Shown: positions 11,300 through 24,633 of the stretch, one piece after another
How the letters are laid out: every line of letters starts with the position of its first letter
Position numbering within the stretch: the first letter of the stretch is position 1
Assembly (NCBI GenBank): GCA_943704425.1
Contig: CALSCP010002017.1
Coordinates: 1-46,230, forward strand
Length of the DNA stretch: 46,230 nt
Direction of reading: 5' to 3'
Source: Ministeria vibrans ATCC 50519
Taxonomy: Eukaryota; Protista; Filasterea
Program-made: the position numbers and the translations under genes
Notes under the pieces: model-generated
The model's input: only the letters and a program-made list of their open reading frames with translations
Database searches by the model: none
What the model was told of the DNA's origin: nothing

Positions 11300-14200
11300 T
11301 CACAGGTCATAATCTTCAAAGTCCAGCGTCGGCATCTCATGATCCTGCACGGGATTCAGCACAAATACTCCGTCCCTCACCTGACTCTCCATGGCCGAGT
11401 TTCGCTAAAATCACAGGCAGTTAGTGCCTCTATGTCTATCTCCCTTATCGCCCTCTTTCTTACGTTGATGCTTCCTAACGGTTTCACACCAGGCACTACC
11501 GCACCCTCGTATGAGGGCGTCTCACGCGACGCATCCTGCCGCCCCGACATACTCCGGATCGCATCACTCGACGGCCGTGCCCCGCGCGCACTCGCCAGTC
11601 GTGACGGTGGCACACGCTCCCCTTCCGCTGACCCATAAGCTCCAGAGATAGAAGACACCTCAGACCTATATACAAAATGAATAAAAAGTAAAAAAAAATA
11701 TATTATTCGACCTTTCGTTTCGCACTATCCCTTCTTGACTTACCCGGATCGCACAAGCGAATGCGCCCCACTCTGGCCGCGTCGTCGGAAAAACACAATC
11801 AGGAACAAAATCAAAAAGAGCACCAACAATCCACCCACAGCCGCACCAATGACCACCGCCATCGACAGCCCAGACGACGAGTTCTGACCACCCGTGCCAC
11901 CGCCCGTGCCACCACCAGGTGTCACACACTGGAATGCATTCACAAGATCCTGGCACGTCTGCCCCGCTGGACACGTCGCACCCGCTGCACACTCATCAAT
12001 GTCCGTCTCACACTGGTCACCCGCATACCCAGCGGGACAACTGCACCCATACGCCCCCACACTCGGCTCAATGCACGCGCCCCCATTGCGACACGGGTTC
12101 GACGCACACTCGTCAATGTCCACCGCACACTCACTCCCAGTGTAGCCAGTCGCACACGCACACGCATACCCTGCCCCGCTCTCACTGCACACTCCCCCGT
12201 TCGCACATGGATTCGACGAACACGGCCCCACATCCGTCTCGCATCGCGTGCCCGTGCGCATCGACTCGCACGTACACATGAATCCAGGACCAGTGTCCGT
12301 GCACGTCGATGCCCCCTGACACGGGTTCGACGAGCACGCAGGCGCCATCGTCTCACACAGCGTCCCCGAGAACAGTCCCACACACGAGCAGCTAAACGAA
12401 TTTGTCCCATCCACACAGTTGCCTCCATTCTGACACGGAGCACTCGCACACTCATCCACATTGCTCGCACACCGCGCTCCCACAAACCCACTCGCGCACG
12501 TACACGAAAACATGTTGATGCCATCAACGCACGTCGCGCCGTTCACACACGGGCTCGACGCGCACTCGTCGTTGTTCAACTGGCACAGCGTCCCCGATGT
12601 CCCAAGCACACACCCACACGTGAACCCGCCCCCAGCAGCACCCGAGCACACGCCGCTATTCTGACACGGCGACGACCCACACTCGTCAATGTCCTGGTCA
12701 CACACACTGCCCGTAAACCCATTCACACACGCACACGTAAAGCCATTCACTCCGTCCGTGCATCCCCCTCCATTCTGGCAAGGGTTCGACGCGCACTCGT
12801 TCAATCCCGCTGCGCACGTCGCTCCCGTAAATCCCGACGCACACGTGCACGTATACATGCCTGTCCCGTCCACACAGGTGCCTCCATTCACGCACGGCGC
12901 ACTCGCACACTCATTCACGTTCACCTCGCACACCGTCCCCGAAAACGCACTCCCGCAGTTGCATGTAAACCCATTGTTGCCGTCGACACAAGGCCGGCTA
13001 TTCTGGCACGGCGACGACCCACACTCGTCAATGTTGCCGGAGCACGTCGTTCCCGTGAACCCCATCGCACACGTGCACACGTACCCACTCGTACCGTCCA
13101 CACACGTGCCCCCATTCGCACACGGTGTCGACGCACACTCGTTCACACTCGCCTCGCACGACCCACCCGTAAACCCAGACACACACAAACACTCATACAT
13201 GTCCACGCGGTCCATGCAGCTGCCTCCGTTTGCACACGGCGTCGACGCGCACTCGTCAATGTTCGTCTGACACGTCCCTCCAGTGTAGCCCGGCAAACAC
13301 GTGCACACAAACGAGTTCACCCCGCTCGAGCACCCCGCTCCGTTCTTGCACGGGTTCAGCGGCGAACACAAGTCCACCGTCAGGTGACACTCATCCCCTG
13401 TAAACCCGCCGCTGCATGTGCAGTCATATCCGCCCTCGAGATTCGCACAGCTCCCACTGTTCTGGCACGGCGACGACGCGCACTCGTCAATGTCCACGTC
13501 ACACAGCGTGCCCGTCCAGCCCACCGCACACACACACTCGAACCGACCAACAGACGTGACACACGACGACACACCATGGCACGGTGACGACTCACACTCG
13601 TCCACCACACTCTCACACACCGTGCCCGTAAACGCAGCCGGACACACGCACGTAAACCCGCCGCCAGGAGTGGCGTCGCACGCTCCCCCGTTGCTGCACG
13701 GCATGGACAAGCACACCGCTGACACAATCGTTGTCTCGCAGTGGCTGCCGGTCGCCGTCGACGGACATTGACATGCGTACGACGACAACCCATCCATACA
13801 CGCGCCCGTGACACACGGCGACGACGCACATTCGTCAATGTTCGTCTCGCACAGCGCACCAGTAAACCCGTCCGCACAAAAACACGTCCCATTGCCGCCC
13901 TCCGAGCACACACCGCTGTTGAGGCACGGTGACGAGTCGCAGTACGGAAGGCGCTCGTCGCATGCAGCGCCCGTAAAGCCCGCCGGACACACGCACACAA
14001 CACTGTTTACGCCATCAATGCACGTCGCAATTGGCGGACACGCCTCGCTCGTGCATTCGTTGATGTTCGTCTCGCACTGTTCGCCGTCAAAGCCGGCCGC
14101 ACACTGACACTCAAAGGTTCCAATGCCCACCAAACAGGAGGCACCGTTGGAACATGGGCTCGATGCGCATTCCGCAGAACAGACGTAGCTATTTACTCGG

Positions 14201-16084
14201 TCCGAACAAACGCTTCCAGATCCGCAGGGACTGCTCGCACACTCGTCAATGTCCTGGTCACACACCGAGCCAGTGAAGCCGGCGGTGCAGGCACAGCTAA
14301 AGGAGGCGGCTGTAGGCTCCGAACACACTCCATTCACACACGGGTTCGAGCTACATGGGTTTGCAGCTTGCTCGCAAAGCGTCCCGCTAAAGCCATTGAC
14401 ACACGTACAGCTGTATTCATTTACCAGGTCCACACAGGTCGCTCCGTTATGACACGGCATCGAAGAGCACTCGTTGACATTTTGATCACAAAGAGTCCCG
14501 CTAAAGCCACTCGCACACGTGCAAGAGTATGCATTCACTCCGTCCACACAAGTGGCTCCGTTCATACATGGCATCGAGACACACTCAATGACAGCCAATT
14601 CGCACAGCCCTCCACTAAAGCCACTGATGCAGGTGCAGGTAAATCCATCCACCTGGTCGACACATGTCGCGCCATTCTGACACGGTGATGAGGCGCACTC
14701 GTTGACAGAGACGTCGCAGGTGGCACCAGAGAAGCCTGAGGAACAGGTGCACGAATAGAAATTGAGGCTGTCGGTACAAGTGGCCCCATTGCGGCACGGC
14801 GACGACGCACACTCGTCAATGGCAACACCGGCAAAGACAAAGCCAGCGCCGGGAATGCTGCCACACGTCTCATTCGTGCCACATGCCAACGCACGTCGTC
14901 GCGCAACCTGACTGCTTGCCGGCATAAACGGATTCACTTGATTCGCTGTGTAGAACAGAGTGGCGCCTGCTCCCTCGCCATTCGCCACCGCCACGTTGAT
15001 GTTGGAAGCAAGCGCGGCGGTCGGTGGATCGATGCTCACTTGAACCATTGAATTGCTGCCAAAGGTGACGCCCGCCGGAAATGGAGGCGCTCCGTTGACG
15101 GAGGGAGTGGCAGGTATCACAATGACCTGCACCGGCTCAGAAAACGTATTGGCTGGGATTTCGATTGAGATAAGACTGCCAGGATGGGTGTACGTCTTGC
15201 TGCCAAATGCGCTCAGGTCAAACCCAGTAAATTGACACTCGGCCCCTACATAGCCTGTCGCACAGGTGCACATGTAGCCCGAGGGCTGCATGCTAGCGCA
15301 CGAGCCACCGTTGATGCATGGGTTCGAGTTACAGTCGGAGATCTCAATGGCACATGTCCCGCCGCCAAATCCCGTGGCACACAGACAAGTGTACGACCCG
15401 GCGTTGTTGACACAAGTGGCGCCATTCGCACAGGGCGACGACAGACAGTCGTCGAGATCCACGGCGCACGTGGGTCCACCATAGCCCGAGGTACATGTGC
15501 ACGAAAACGATCCCACAAGGTTGGTGCATGCACCGCTATTGCGGCACGGGAAAGACAGACATTCGTTGATATCCGTCTCGCAAAAAACGCCGGTGTATCC
15601 CGGGGCACACTCACACGTAAAATGGCCCAACTGGTTGAGACACACAGCGCCGTTGGAGCATGGCGATGACAAACACTCGTCGATGTCAGAGGCACAGTTG
15701 TCGCCAGTGTAACCAGTCGCACAGGAGCATTGCCATGCACCCGAGCCACTCGCGACAGAGCACACACCACCATTGAGACACGGGTTCGAGGTACATGAAG
15801 TTAATTGCTGGTCGCAAGTGGTACCAGTAAAGCCAGAAGCACACGTGCATGCATAATCTGAGGAACCCACCAGGCTACAGACGGCGCCATTTTGACAAGG
15901 ATTCGACGAGCATGCAGTCACACTGCCAATGGAGACGGCGCCCAGCGCCCAGTAGTCATTGCTCGCGCCACTATTCTTAAGCTGCTCCCATCGGAATCGC
16001 GTCGCACTCTTCTGTGCCGCCAATGGAAGAGTCGCCTAAAGCAATAAAATAATAATAATATTATTATTATTATTATATTTTTAA

Positions 16085-16133
<49 letters not shown>

Positions 16134-19100
16134 GTCATAGAATTATACCGTAATGAAATAAAAGGTGGAACTGGCAGGGTAAGAGGAAACGGCGTAGGTC
16201 GCGACCTTGGTCCAGACGACACCGCCATTGGTGCTGTAGTAGAGAACGACGTCTTCGGTGGCATCAGGTCTTTCACACGTGCCGCCCATGAGGAGAGTGA
16301 AATTAAAGGCGGTCGAGCCGGTCATGTCCACGTCAACTGTGTCGACAAAGCGCGCCTCGCCTGTTGTGTCAACGGGACCAAACGTGAGCGCGAGAGTGGA
16401 GCCCGAGCAAGTGTTCACGATACTGCCGCCGACCAAGCGTCCAAACTGCACGCCCAGGTTGGTGGTGCCCGTAGGAAGAGTTGAGAAGTCCTGCAAAACG
16501 AATGTGGTCGTGCCTGAGCCCATTTCACACGCGGTCCCGGAAAACCCCGAGTCACAAGTGCACGACGAACCCTCGCAGAAACCGTGTCCCGAACAGTACT
16601 GGGGACAGCCATCGCCAATGTACACACGGTCCAGGGCAAAGTCCGATCCCGAAGGAAAGGTGGAGGCGGCCGCTTGAGTCCAGCGGAAGGAAACAGACGA
16701 GGTGAGAGCGGCGGTCGGCAAGGGCACAGTGACACGTCGGAATGTCTGAAAGTAGCCGTCGTTTGAGGTGTAAACAGACTCAGGTACAAAGGGTGATGAA
16801 CACGCAGCGGTGGGTGATGTGCAATCCAGGGAGACGGTCGCCCACGTTGCAAAGGACGACGACACTGAATACTGAAGCGTAATGGCGTTAGCCGTAGGAA
16901 CGAGCGACGATGAAGCGCAACCCATGCCCAAATCAAACTGAATCATGGCCGAGGCAGTCGCGGCGCCCGAGAGATCGAGAACACGCGACTGCACAATGCG
17001 CATTCCTGATGACGTAGAGGCGGTGCCCACTTGCAGTGCAGTGGTCGACACACCGCAGATGGTGCCAGACGACACGACGCCGTTGAGCAGGTAGATCCAA
17101 TTGGCAGCGGAAAAGGGCGAAAAGTCAGACGACAGCGAGGTGAAGCCGGGTGCAGTGGCATCCCCACCAATGTAAAGTGAGTCGAGTGCCCACTCATCTG
17201 ACGACGAGGACGACTGCGTCGGCTGCCAAATCATTATTGTCGTCGCGGCTGTTTTGGCACCCGAGGGCAACGCCAGAGCAATTTGCTTGGTAGTTGTCGC
17301 GCCAGAGTTGGTGGTCTGTCCAAACCGAGTCCATGTAACACCACCGTCTGTGGAATATCCAAAGCCAAGAGCTTCATAGCTCTGTGAGGGTCCATTGCAC
17401 GAGCCACCGGCACCAACGAAGCACGCGACTGTCGTTGCAAAGCGCAGGTCAAACGTCTCCGAGACAATGTAGCGGGGACCCAGACCACTAAAGAACAACG
17501 ACTTGCCCGCAGTAAGAACACCACACTCGGAGCTGAGACTCACACTGGACTGCAGTGGCCACACAGTCATGGAGAGAGAAGTGTCAAAACTGTCGTCGAT
17601 TTGCGAAGGACGAATAGGTGCCGTGCCGCAGTCAGACCCTGAGAATCCCGAGTCGCACGAACACGTGCCACTGGCACACCGCCCGTGCCCACTGCAATAG
17701 TTGGGACACTCACTGCCAATGTACACGTTACGAATGCCCCACGTCGTTGCGGCCGATGTGCCGTCAACTTGGACAAACCGGAACCGCACGCCATTCGACA
17801 GCGCACCACCAGGAAGATTCGTCACCGTGACTCGCTGCCACGCTTTGAACTCACGTGCCGTGTATATAGTTGTGAGTTCAAAAGTGGTGCACGATGATCC
17901 AAAAGCGGCTGTGGAGAAACCGCACGACGTGCTCCGTACAGTGGCCCACGTCGTCGAGCTGGGTGCCTGGTACTGCAGCTCCACCGACATGGACGTGTCG
18001 GCCAGGCTCGCCGAGGCACCACAGCCCACATTGATTTCAAACTGAACAAAGGCAGTCGGTTGGCTGCTCAAATCGAGCGGCATGGTCGACGCCAAACTCA
18101 CGCCATTCGTCCCAGAGAATGACAACGCATTGCTCTGCGAACAGTACGTGCCCACCTGACCATTGATCCCCGTGTACACCCACTGCTGCGGATTCGCAAA
18201 CGTCGACACAGTCATCGACGTCACCGCAGGACGTCCGCCAATGAACAGATTGTCCACTGCCCACTCGTCTGACGACGACGACGACTGATACGGTTGCCAG
18301 ATCATAATGCGCGTCGCTGCTGTCTTCGCCCCCGCTGGAAGCAACACTTCCACTTGAGTGGGACTGGTCGGCGTCGTCGTCGACGCTCCAATCGCCACCC
18401 ATGTCGTGCCGCCATCCGTCGAGTATGCTACACGCAGTGCCTCGTACGAGGCACTGCTCTGCGAACAAAACGATCCGGTGCCCGTTTGCGCAAAGAACGA
18501 CACCATCAAACTCGTGCGCAGATCCAGGTCAATCGTCTCAATCAGACGCGGTCCTGCACCTGTAAACTCCAGCGCCGCCCCCGAGCCGGACACACCGCAG
18601 TTTGACGAGCCAGGCACCACCCCCGAGTACGCCACAAAGTTGCTCGCCGACACAATGCTCGACGTGAAATCCTCGCGAATCTCAGACGGCAACACAGGTG
18701 CGGTGCCGCAGTCGGTCCCTGAGAATCCCGAGTCGCATGAACACGTGCCACTCACACACAGTCCGTGTCCACTGCAGTAGCTCGGGCACTCACTGCCAAT
18801 GTACAACGCTCCCAAACCCCATGTCGGCGACGCAGACGCGCCGTCAACTTGGACAAACCGGAACCGCACGCCATTCGACAGCGCACCACCAGGGAGATTC
18901 GTCACCGTGACTCGCTGCCACGTCTGATACTCGCGCGTGGTGTATTGCGTCACCATCTCAAATGTAGAGCACCCCGACGTGGGACTCGTCGAGAACGCGC
19001 ATGTCGACGAGCGCACCGTGTTCCACGTCGTCGAGCTGGGTGTCTGGTACTGCAGCTCCACCGACATGGACGTGTCGGCCAGGCTCGCCGAGGCACCACA

Positions 19101-20265
19101 GCCCACATTGATTTCAAACTGAACATACNNNNNNCCGTGTTCCACGTCGTCGAGCTGGGTGTCTGGTACTGCAGCTCCACCGACATGGACGTGTCGGCCA
19201 GGCTCGCCGAGGCACCACAGCCCACATTGATTTCAAACTGAACATACGCCGACGACTGTCCGCTCAAATCAAGCGGCATGGTCGACGCCAAACTCACGCC
19301 ATTCGTCCCAGAGAACGACAACGCATTGCTCTGCGAACAGTACGTGCCCACCTGACCATTGATCCCCGTGTACACCCACTGCTGCGGATTCTGGGGTGCC
19401 AGGGATGCCGTCATGGAGGTGGGAGTAGCGCCAATCTCGCCATAGATGCGCAGCGAGTCAAGACCCCAGTAGTCAGAGGAGGAGCCGGAAAACTGCGGCT
19501 GGTAGAACTTGATGAACACGCCAGTGGTTTGTGCGGCGGCCGGTAGTGTCGCCACAATCTGCTCGCTTGTCCGCGCACCCGTTGGCTTGGGCGACAGCGA
19601 GAAATCAACCCATATTGTGCCGTCAAGAGAGTAGGCGATGGATGGTCCGTCGCCTATCTCAATTGCCTCGCAACCTGAGAGAAGAAAAGCACAAACAATA
19701 AGACCACACGACAGAATAGGAGTTGCGACTCAGTGCGGCTGGATTCGCGATTGAATGAGATTTATAAGCACCCTTGTTGGAGTTGAGGAGGCAACGGGAA
19801 GAGAAAGAAAGGAAGAAATAGAGGGAGAGAGAGAGAAGGAAGTCTGGGGGTGTGCGTCCGGAGGAAAAGGAAGACAGAGTCGCCTTGCAAGCAATGCTGG
19901 GCGCCATGCGAAGCAATGGAAGGCCCCGTAGAAAGGCATTGGTCTCAAGGAGCGGGTGGGTGGAGGAAGCAAGGCATTCGCTTACCGGAGGGAGAGCCCG
20001 ACGAGAAAAAAAAGGAGACCGTTGTGGCCTGAGACAAATCGAGAGGCAGCGAGACTAGCTGACGCGGACTTGCGCCACTGAACACGGCCTGGAGTCCTTG
20101 GGCGCCCGATGCACACGTCGACGAGACGGTGGCGGTCGACGAGGCGTCCCACAGAGTGGAGGAGAGCGGGGCGCTGGAAAAGTCATCGCTCAGCGCCATG
20201 CTGAGGTCCGCTTGCACGCGGCTCGCGCACAGTAGCGTCGCGACTGCTGCCAGCACGAGTCTCAT
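11300..20265 (-). CDS. Giant type I membrane protein: about 7 reelin sub-repeats with 3 interspersed EGFs, 6 EGF, ZU5-like insert, about 26 EGF, TM, acidic Tyr tail (paralog B)
   Basis: Signal [19 protein letters not shown]. Reelin/BNR motifs [38 protein letters not shown] and WQRVTV, plus CSGHGxCxxGxCxCDSGFSG EGFs. ORFs 18950-19555, 16143-19145 and 11740-16023 are joined by introns (e.g. the TAT-repeat intron at about 16036-16178). Tail ends [10 protein letters not shown]. Confidence 0.85.
11768..14163. repeat. Copy 2 of the ~2.4 kb near-identical direct duplication
   Basis: Matches 7753-10148. Visible differences are DGTSG vs DGASG, LIVFF vs LVVFF and one synonymous change near 13710. Confidence 0.95.
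16045..16133. repeat. (TAT)n/(AAT)n intronic microsatellite
   Basis: ATT trinucleotide run within an intron of paralog B. Confidence 0.9.
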
Positions 20266-20450
20266 GTCAAAAAGAAACAAAAAATTGATTCTATTTTTTT
20301 TGTTGTTGATTGTTTACTGTTTATTTACACAGACTGGTGACTCTTATTTGTCCACACCAGCACAAAAACAGCACAAAAATGATTCCAGATTCACACATCA
20401 ACGTTTCTTTTGAGCGCTTTAGAAAACCTCTGAGCTGTTCAAGCGTATGA

Positions 20451-20861
20451 TTATTTGGTTTTTACAACTTTGAATGCAAAGTCCATCACAGACACACTCT
20501 GTCCTCCGTTTTCGTCGTAATCCGCCCATTCGCCATCATCAAAGGAGACTTCGTCAAACTTAGTCCCAGACTCGGCACAGACCACTCGCCAACCGTGCTA
20601 AGAGCAAAAACAAGAGTGCACAATTGCCAGTCAGACGACACACTCCTTTGCTCTGTCTGTCTCTCCTCTCTCTCTCTCTATCACTTTGTTTCTTTCTCCC
20701 TCCTTTCTTCTCTCTCCCTCTCTCTCTCTCTATCACTTTGTTTCTTTCTCCCTCCTTTCTTCTCTCTCCCTCTCTCTCTCTCTATCACTTAGTTTCTTTC
20801 TCCCTCCTTTCTTCTCTCTCCCTCTCTCTCTCTCTATCACTTTGTTTCTTTCTCCCTCCTT

Positions 20862-20953
<92 letters not shown>

Positions 20954-21410
20954 CCCGCACGAAATTCCGAAATCTCCACACCGCGGCACTCAAAGACAGC
21001 AACACGCTGGCTCTTCTTGTCGCCCTGGGGCAGGTACGGGGTCACGGAGCCCTTAACAATGTCAATCTGGCTCTCTCTCGAGCACAATTTGCACCGCGAC
21101 ACAAAGTTGAACGCACCGCGACCGCCCTTGACTTCCGTCTCGTCATTTTCGCAGATAAACACCCACCCGCTCTCCTCGCCGCACGAAGAGCACACAATCT
21201 GCGAGTGTACTCAATGAAAAATTAGCGCATAAGCTAAAAACAATCTTCGCAGTTCCTACCTTTACATTCCACTGAAAGCTCTCATCTTGAGGCGCAATAG
21301 ACTCGACGTTCTCGCACTCAGCACTAAATTCGATGGCAAGTTTCTACCGGGAAAGTGACAGTGAGATGAGAAGGAGATCAGTTTAAGAACACCCACTGAC
21401 GCACCACCAT
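20451..21410 (-). CDS. CZIB: CXXC motif containing zinc-binding protein (DUF866/UPF0587)
   Basis: Spliced MV|KLAIEFSAECENV...CSSCGE...KGGRGAFNFVSRCKLCSRE...FECRGVE...DGEWADYDENGGQSVSV...KTK*. Confidence 0.9.
20655..20949. repeat. CT microsatellite with a repeated CTATCACTTTGTTTCTTTCTC unit
   Basis: Four ~52 nt units plus (CT)n in a CZIB intron. The same unit occurs at about 60-90, 43150-43340 (reverse) and 46095-46230. Confidence 0.9.
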
Positions 21411-21586
21411 GGCACAGCGGGCGCGGACGGGTTGCAGATCAGCACGTGGCGCAGATTTGTCGCAGCAGATCAGCCGTGGTAGCTATCAGGTCTTCAAGGT
21501 CCACTTGGACTGACGAAATTGAATAGTATTTAGTGTAATTCTTGATCATATTTGACTTTTCAATTTTCCTACCTTGACTACTTCGT

Positions 21587-23578
21587 ATGGACGACCAGGC
21601 GAGTGGATCGGCAGAGACGCCTCCACGGCCTCTTCGAGTGCTTGAATTGTACAGTGGAATCGGTGGCATGGTACGAAATTGATCTGCTCATTTGTGACTC
21701 ACCTCCAGTCTCAGCACCAGTCGTTGATCCTATCGGGTGTGCCGCACGAGGTGGTCGCAGCAGTAGACATCAATGACGTAGCCAACACAGTGTATCGCGA
21801 CAACTACTGTGGCGACGGCAAAGCAACGCGACTGATGCAACGAAACATTGAGTCGATCACTCCACGCGAATTCCAACGTCTCAACGTCGACGTGTGGACC
21901 ATGAGCCCCCCGTGCCAGCCGTTCACGCGGGCCGGCAAGGCGGAGTGGAGCCGTGACCCGCGCACCAAGAGCCTCCTGTACCTCCTTGAGCAGCTGCAGC
22001 AGCCGCACGGGCCGCGCTATGTCCTGCTGGAGAACGTCAAGGGCTTTGAGCTGTCGGACACGCGCGACGCCACTCTTGCCGCCTTCCACCGTGCCGGCTA
22101 TGACACCCGCGAGTATCTTCTCAACTCGCGCGACTTTGGCATTCCCAACAGTCGTTTAAGGTGTGTGGAATATGCCTATGCAACACTCGCAACTGAGACA
22201 CACTATTATTTTATTATTAGATATTACTTGTTGGCACGACAGACTGTGAGTGGCGAAGGACACAGTCTAAACGACGACAGTGGAATCAGCACTCGCTTAG
22301 CGCAATGGGACTCAGACACAAAAACAAAAACACAACGCACAATTGGAGAGTATCTCGAGACCGATCTGACAGAGGAACAACTCACTCAATTGAGAGTGCC
22401 CCAAAAGTTGCTCTGTCGTTCCGGAGCACTGTTTGGTATTCTAAAAAAAAAAAAAAAACANNNNNNNNNNNNNNNNNNNNNNNNNNNNNNNNNNNNNNNN
22501 NNNNNNNNNNNNNNNNNNNNNNNNNNNNNNNNNNNNNNNNNNNNNNNNNNNNNNNNNNNNNNNNNNNNNNNNNNNNNNNNNNNNNNNNNNNNNNNNNNNN
22601 NNNNNNNNNNNNNNNNNNNNNNNNNNNNNNNNNNNNNNNNNNNNNNNNNNNNNNNNNNNNNNNNNNNNNNNNNNNNNNNNNNNNNNNNNNNNNNNNNNNN
22701 NNNNNNNNNNNNNNNNNNNNNNNNNNNNNNNNNNNNNNNNNNNNNNNNNNNNNNNNNNNNNNNNNNNNNNNNNNNNNNNNNNNNNNNNNNNNNNNNNNNN
22801 NNNNNNNNNNNNNNNNNNNNNNNNNNNNNNNNNNNNNNNNNNNNNNNNNNNNNNNNNNNNNNNNNNNNNNNNNNNNNNNNNNNNNNNNNNNNNNNNNNNN
22901 NNNNNNNNNNNNNNNNNNNNNNNNNNNNNNNNNNNNNNNNNNNNNNNNNNNNNNNNNNNNNNNNNNNNNNNNNNNNNNNNNNNNNNNNNNNNNNNNNNNN
23001 NNNNNNNNNNNNNNNNNNNNNNNNNNNNNNNNNNNNNNNNNNNNNNNNNNNNNNNNNNNNNNNNNNNNNNNNNNNNNNNNNNNNNNNNNNNNNNNNNNNN
23101 NNNNNNNNNNNNNNNNNNNNNNNNNNNNNNNNNNNNNNNNNNNNNNNNNNNNNNNNNNNNNNNNNNNNNNNNNNNNNNNNNNNNNNNNNNNNNNNNNNNN
23201 NNNNNNNNNNNNNNNNNNNNNNNNNNNNNNNNNNNNNNNNNNNNNNNNNNNNNNNNNNNNNNNNNNNNNNNNNNNNNNNNNNNNNNNNNNNNNNNNNNNN
23301 NNNNNNNNNNNNNNNNNNNNNNNNNNNNNNNNNNNNNNNNNNNNNNNNNNNNNNNNNNNNNNNNNNCTGAGTGTGACGCCGCTGAATGTCCTTTGCTCTC
23401 ACTCCAAATTCGCTTTTTCAGTCCCAGAGAAATCGCTCGTTTACACTCAATCAGTGATTCGTTTTCATTTGACTCTGTCTCTCACAAACAGAAATATCGT
23501 TTGTTGGGAAATGGTGTCAACTCGTTTCCCATTGCCAAATTGTTTCAACACCTTTTTAATGAAAATGTTCCACTGTAA
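21587..23578 (+). CDS. TRDMT1: tRNA (cytosine-38)-C5 methyltransferase DNMT2, spanning a ~0.9 kb N-gap
   Basis: LRVLELYSGIGGM|H, AAVDIN, MSPPCQPFTR, LLENVKGFE and GIPNSRLR|YY. After the gap: IRFFSPREIARL...QKYRLLGNGVN. Confidence 0.9.
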
Positions 23579-24633
23579 TAATTATTATTAGTCACATCAG
23601 TAAGTTAGTGTGACTAGAGTCTCTCTCTCTTAGGATATGATATATCTACTATCATGTTACTTCTCTGGCAATCAGCCAAGTGAGCCAACCAGTTCCCGCT
23701 CCTTCTTGACCCTCCTGTCGCTTCGAAAGTGGTTCTGAGCGGTTTGAAGTGTCGTGTTTCGTTTAAGATTGATAATAAGAAAAATGAAATCAGAAATGTT
23801 CAAATTTTTATTCAAAATTGACTTTTGAAACACAGTAAGCACGCAGCAAACAGATTAGCGTGGGCCGTGGGAGAAAACAGCCAGGGAGGCGATATGAGGG
23901 CGGGGCATAGCCAGGGATGAGTGTGTGTGTGTGTGATGTGATAATTCGTTTCGTTTGCTCTCCTCGCTCGTCCGAAGCCCGATTCCGTCATTCTCATGCG
24001 TGTCATGTGGACGAAGTTGGTTGGCTGACGCGGTGTGTGCGTGAGGATGGGGCGTAGGATGTCTCCAATGTGATGTGGAATATTTTTCGTTCCTTTTTTG
24101 TTTCTCAGTTGACACACACAGAGATTCGGTTCTCATCCGCGATTGCAGCGCGGTGGGTTTATGTGTTGGAAGCGTGTGGTCACGTGAGAGAGGAAGCTGA
24201 AGTGCATCTTTTCGTCTGTTTCTTCTTTTCTAAAATATTTTTGATGTTTCTGCCGAGTTTCTCTCTTGACCCTTCCTGGAGGCAGTGCAGCAAGCAAGGG
24301 GTGTACAATTGGTGTGGGTTGGGAAAGGAATGGTCTTGACTGCGTCTACTGTGCGTTTTTGCTTATGCGTGTGAATATGTCAATGATTGTCTGTCAGNNN
24401 NNNNNNNNNNNNNNNNNNNNNNNNNNNNNNNNNNNNNNNNNNNNNNNNNNNNNNNNNNNNNNNNNNNNNNNNNNNNNNNNNNNNNNNNNNNNNNNNNNNN
24501 NNNNNNNNNNNNNNNNNNNNNNNNNNNNNNNNNNNNNNNNNNNNNNNNNNNNNNNNNNNNNNNNNNNNNNNNNNNNNNNNNNNNNNNNNNNNNNNNNNNN
24601 NNNNNNNNNNNNNNNNNTTTTTGTTTCACGTAG

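Noticed and set aside
7749-13587. Long plus-strand Arg/Thr/His-rich ORFs (607 and 608 aa)
   Set aside because: They are antisense shadows of the EGF exons.
7077-16023. Calling the EGF proteins Notch, Delta or Crumbs
   Set aside because: No LNR/NOD/ankyrin, DSL or laminin-G domains and no ERLI tail are seen.
19016-19248. Apparent 113-nt tandem duplication/frameshift in the reelin gene
   Set aside because: The copies flank a 6-N gap, so this is an assembly overlap rather than a pseudogene lesion.
21587-23578. DNA methyltransferase / restriction-modification-like system with CZIB
   Set aside because: The motifs fit DNMT2 tRNA methylase, and divergent gene pairs are common throughout this window.
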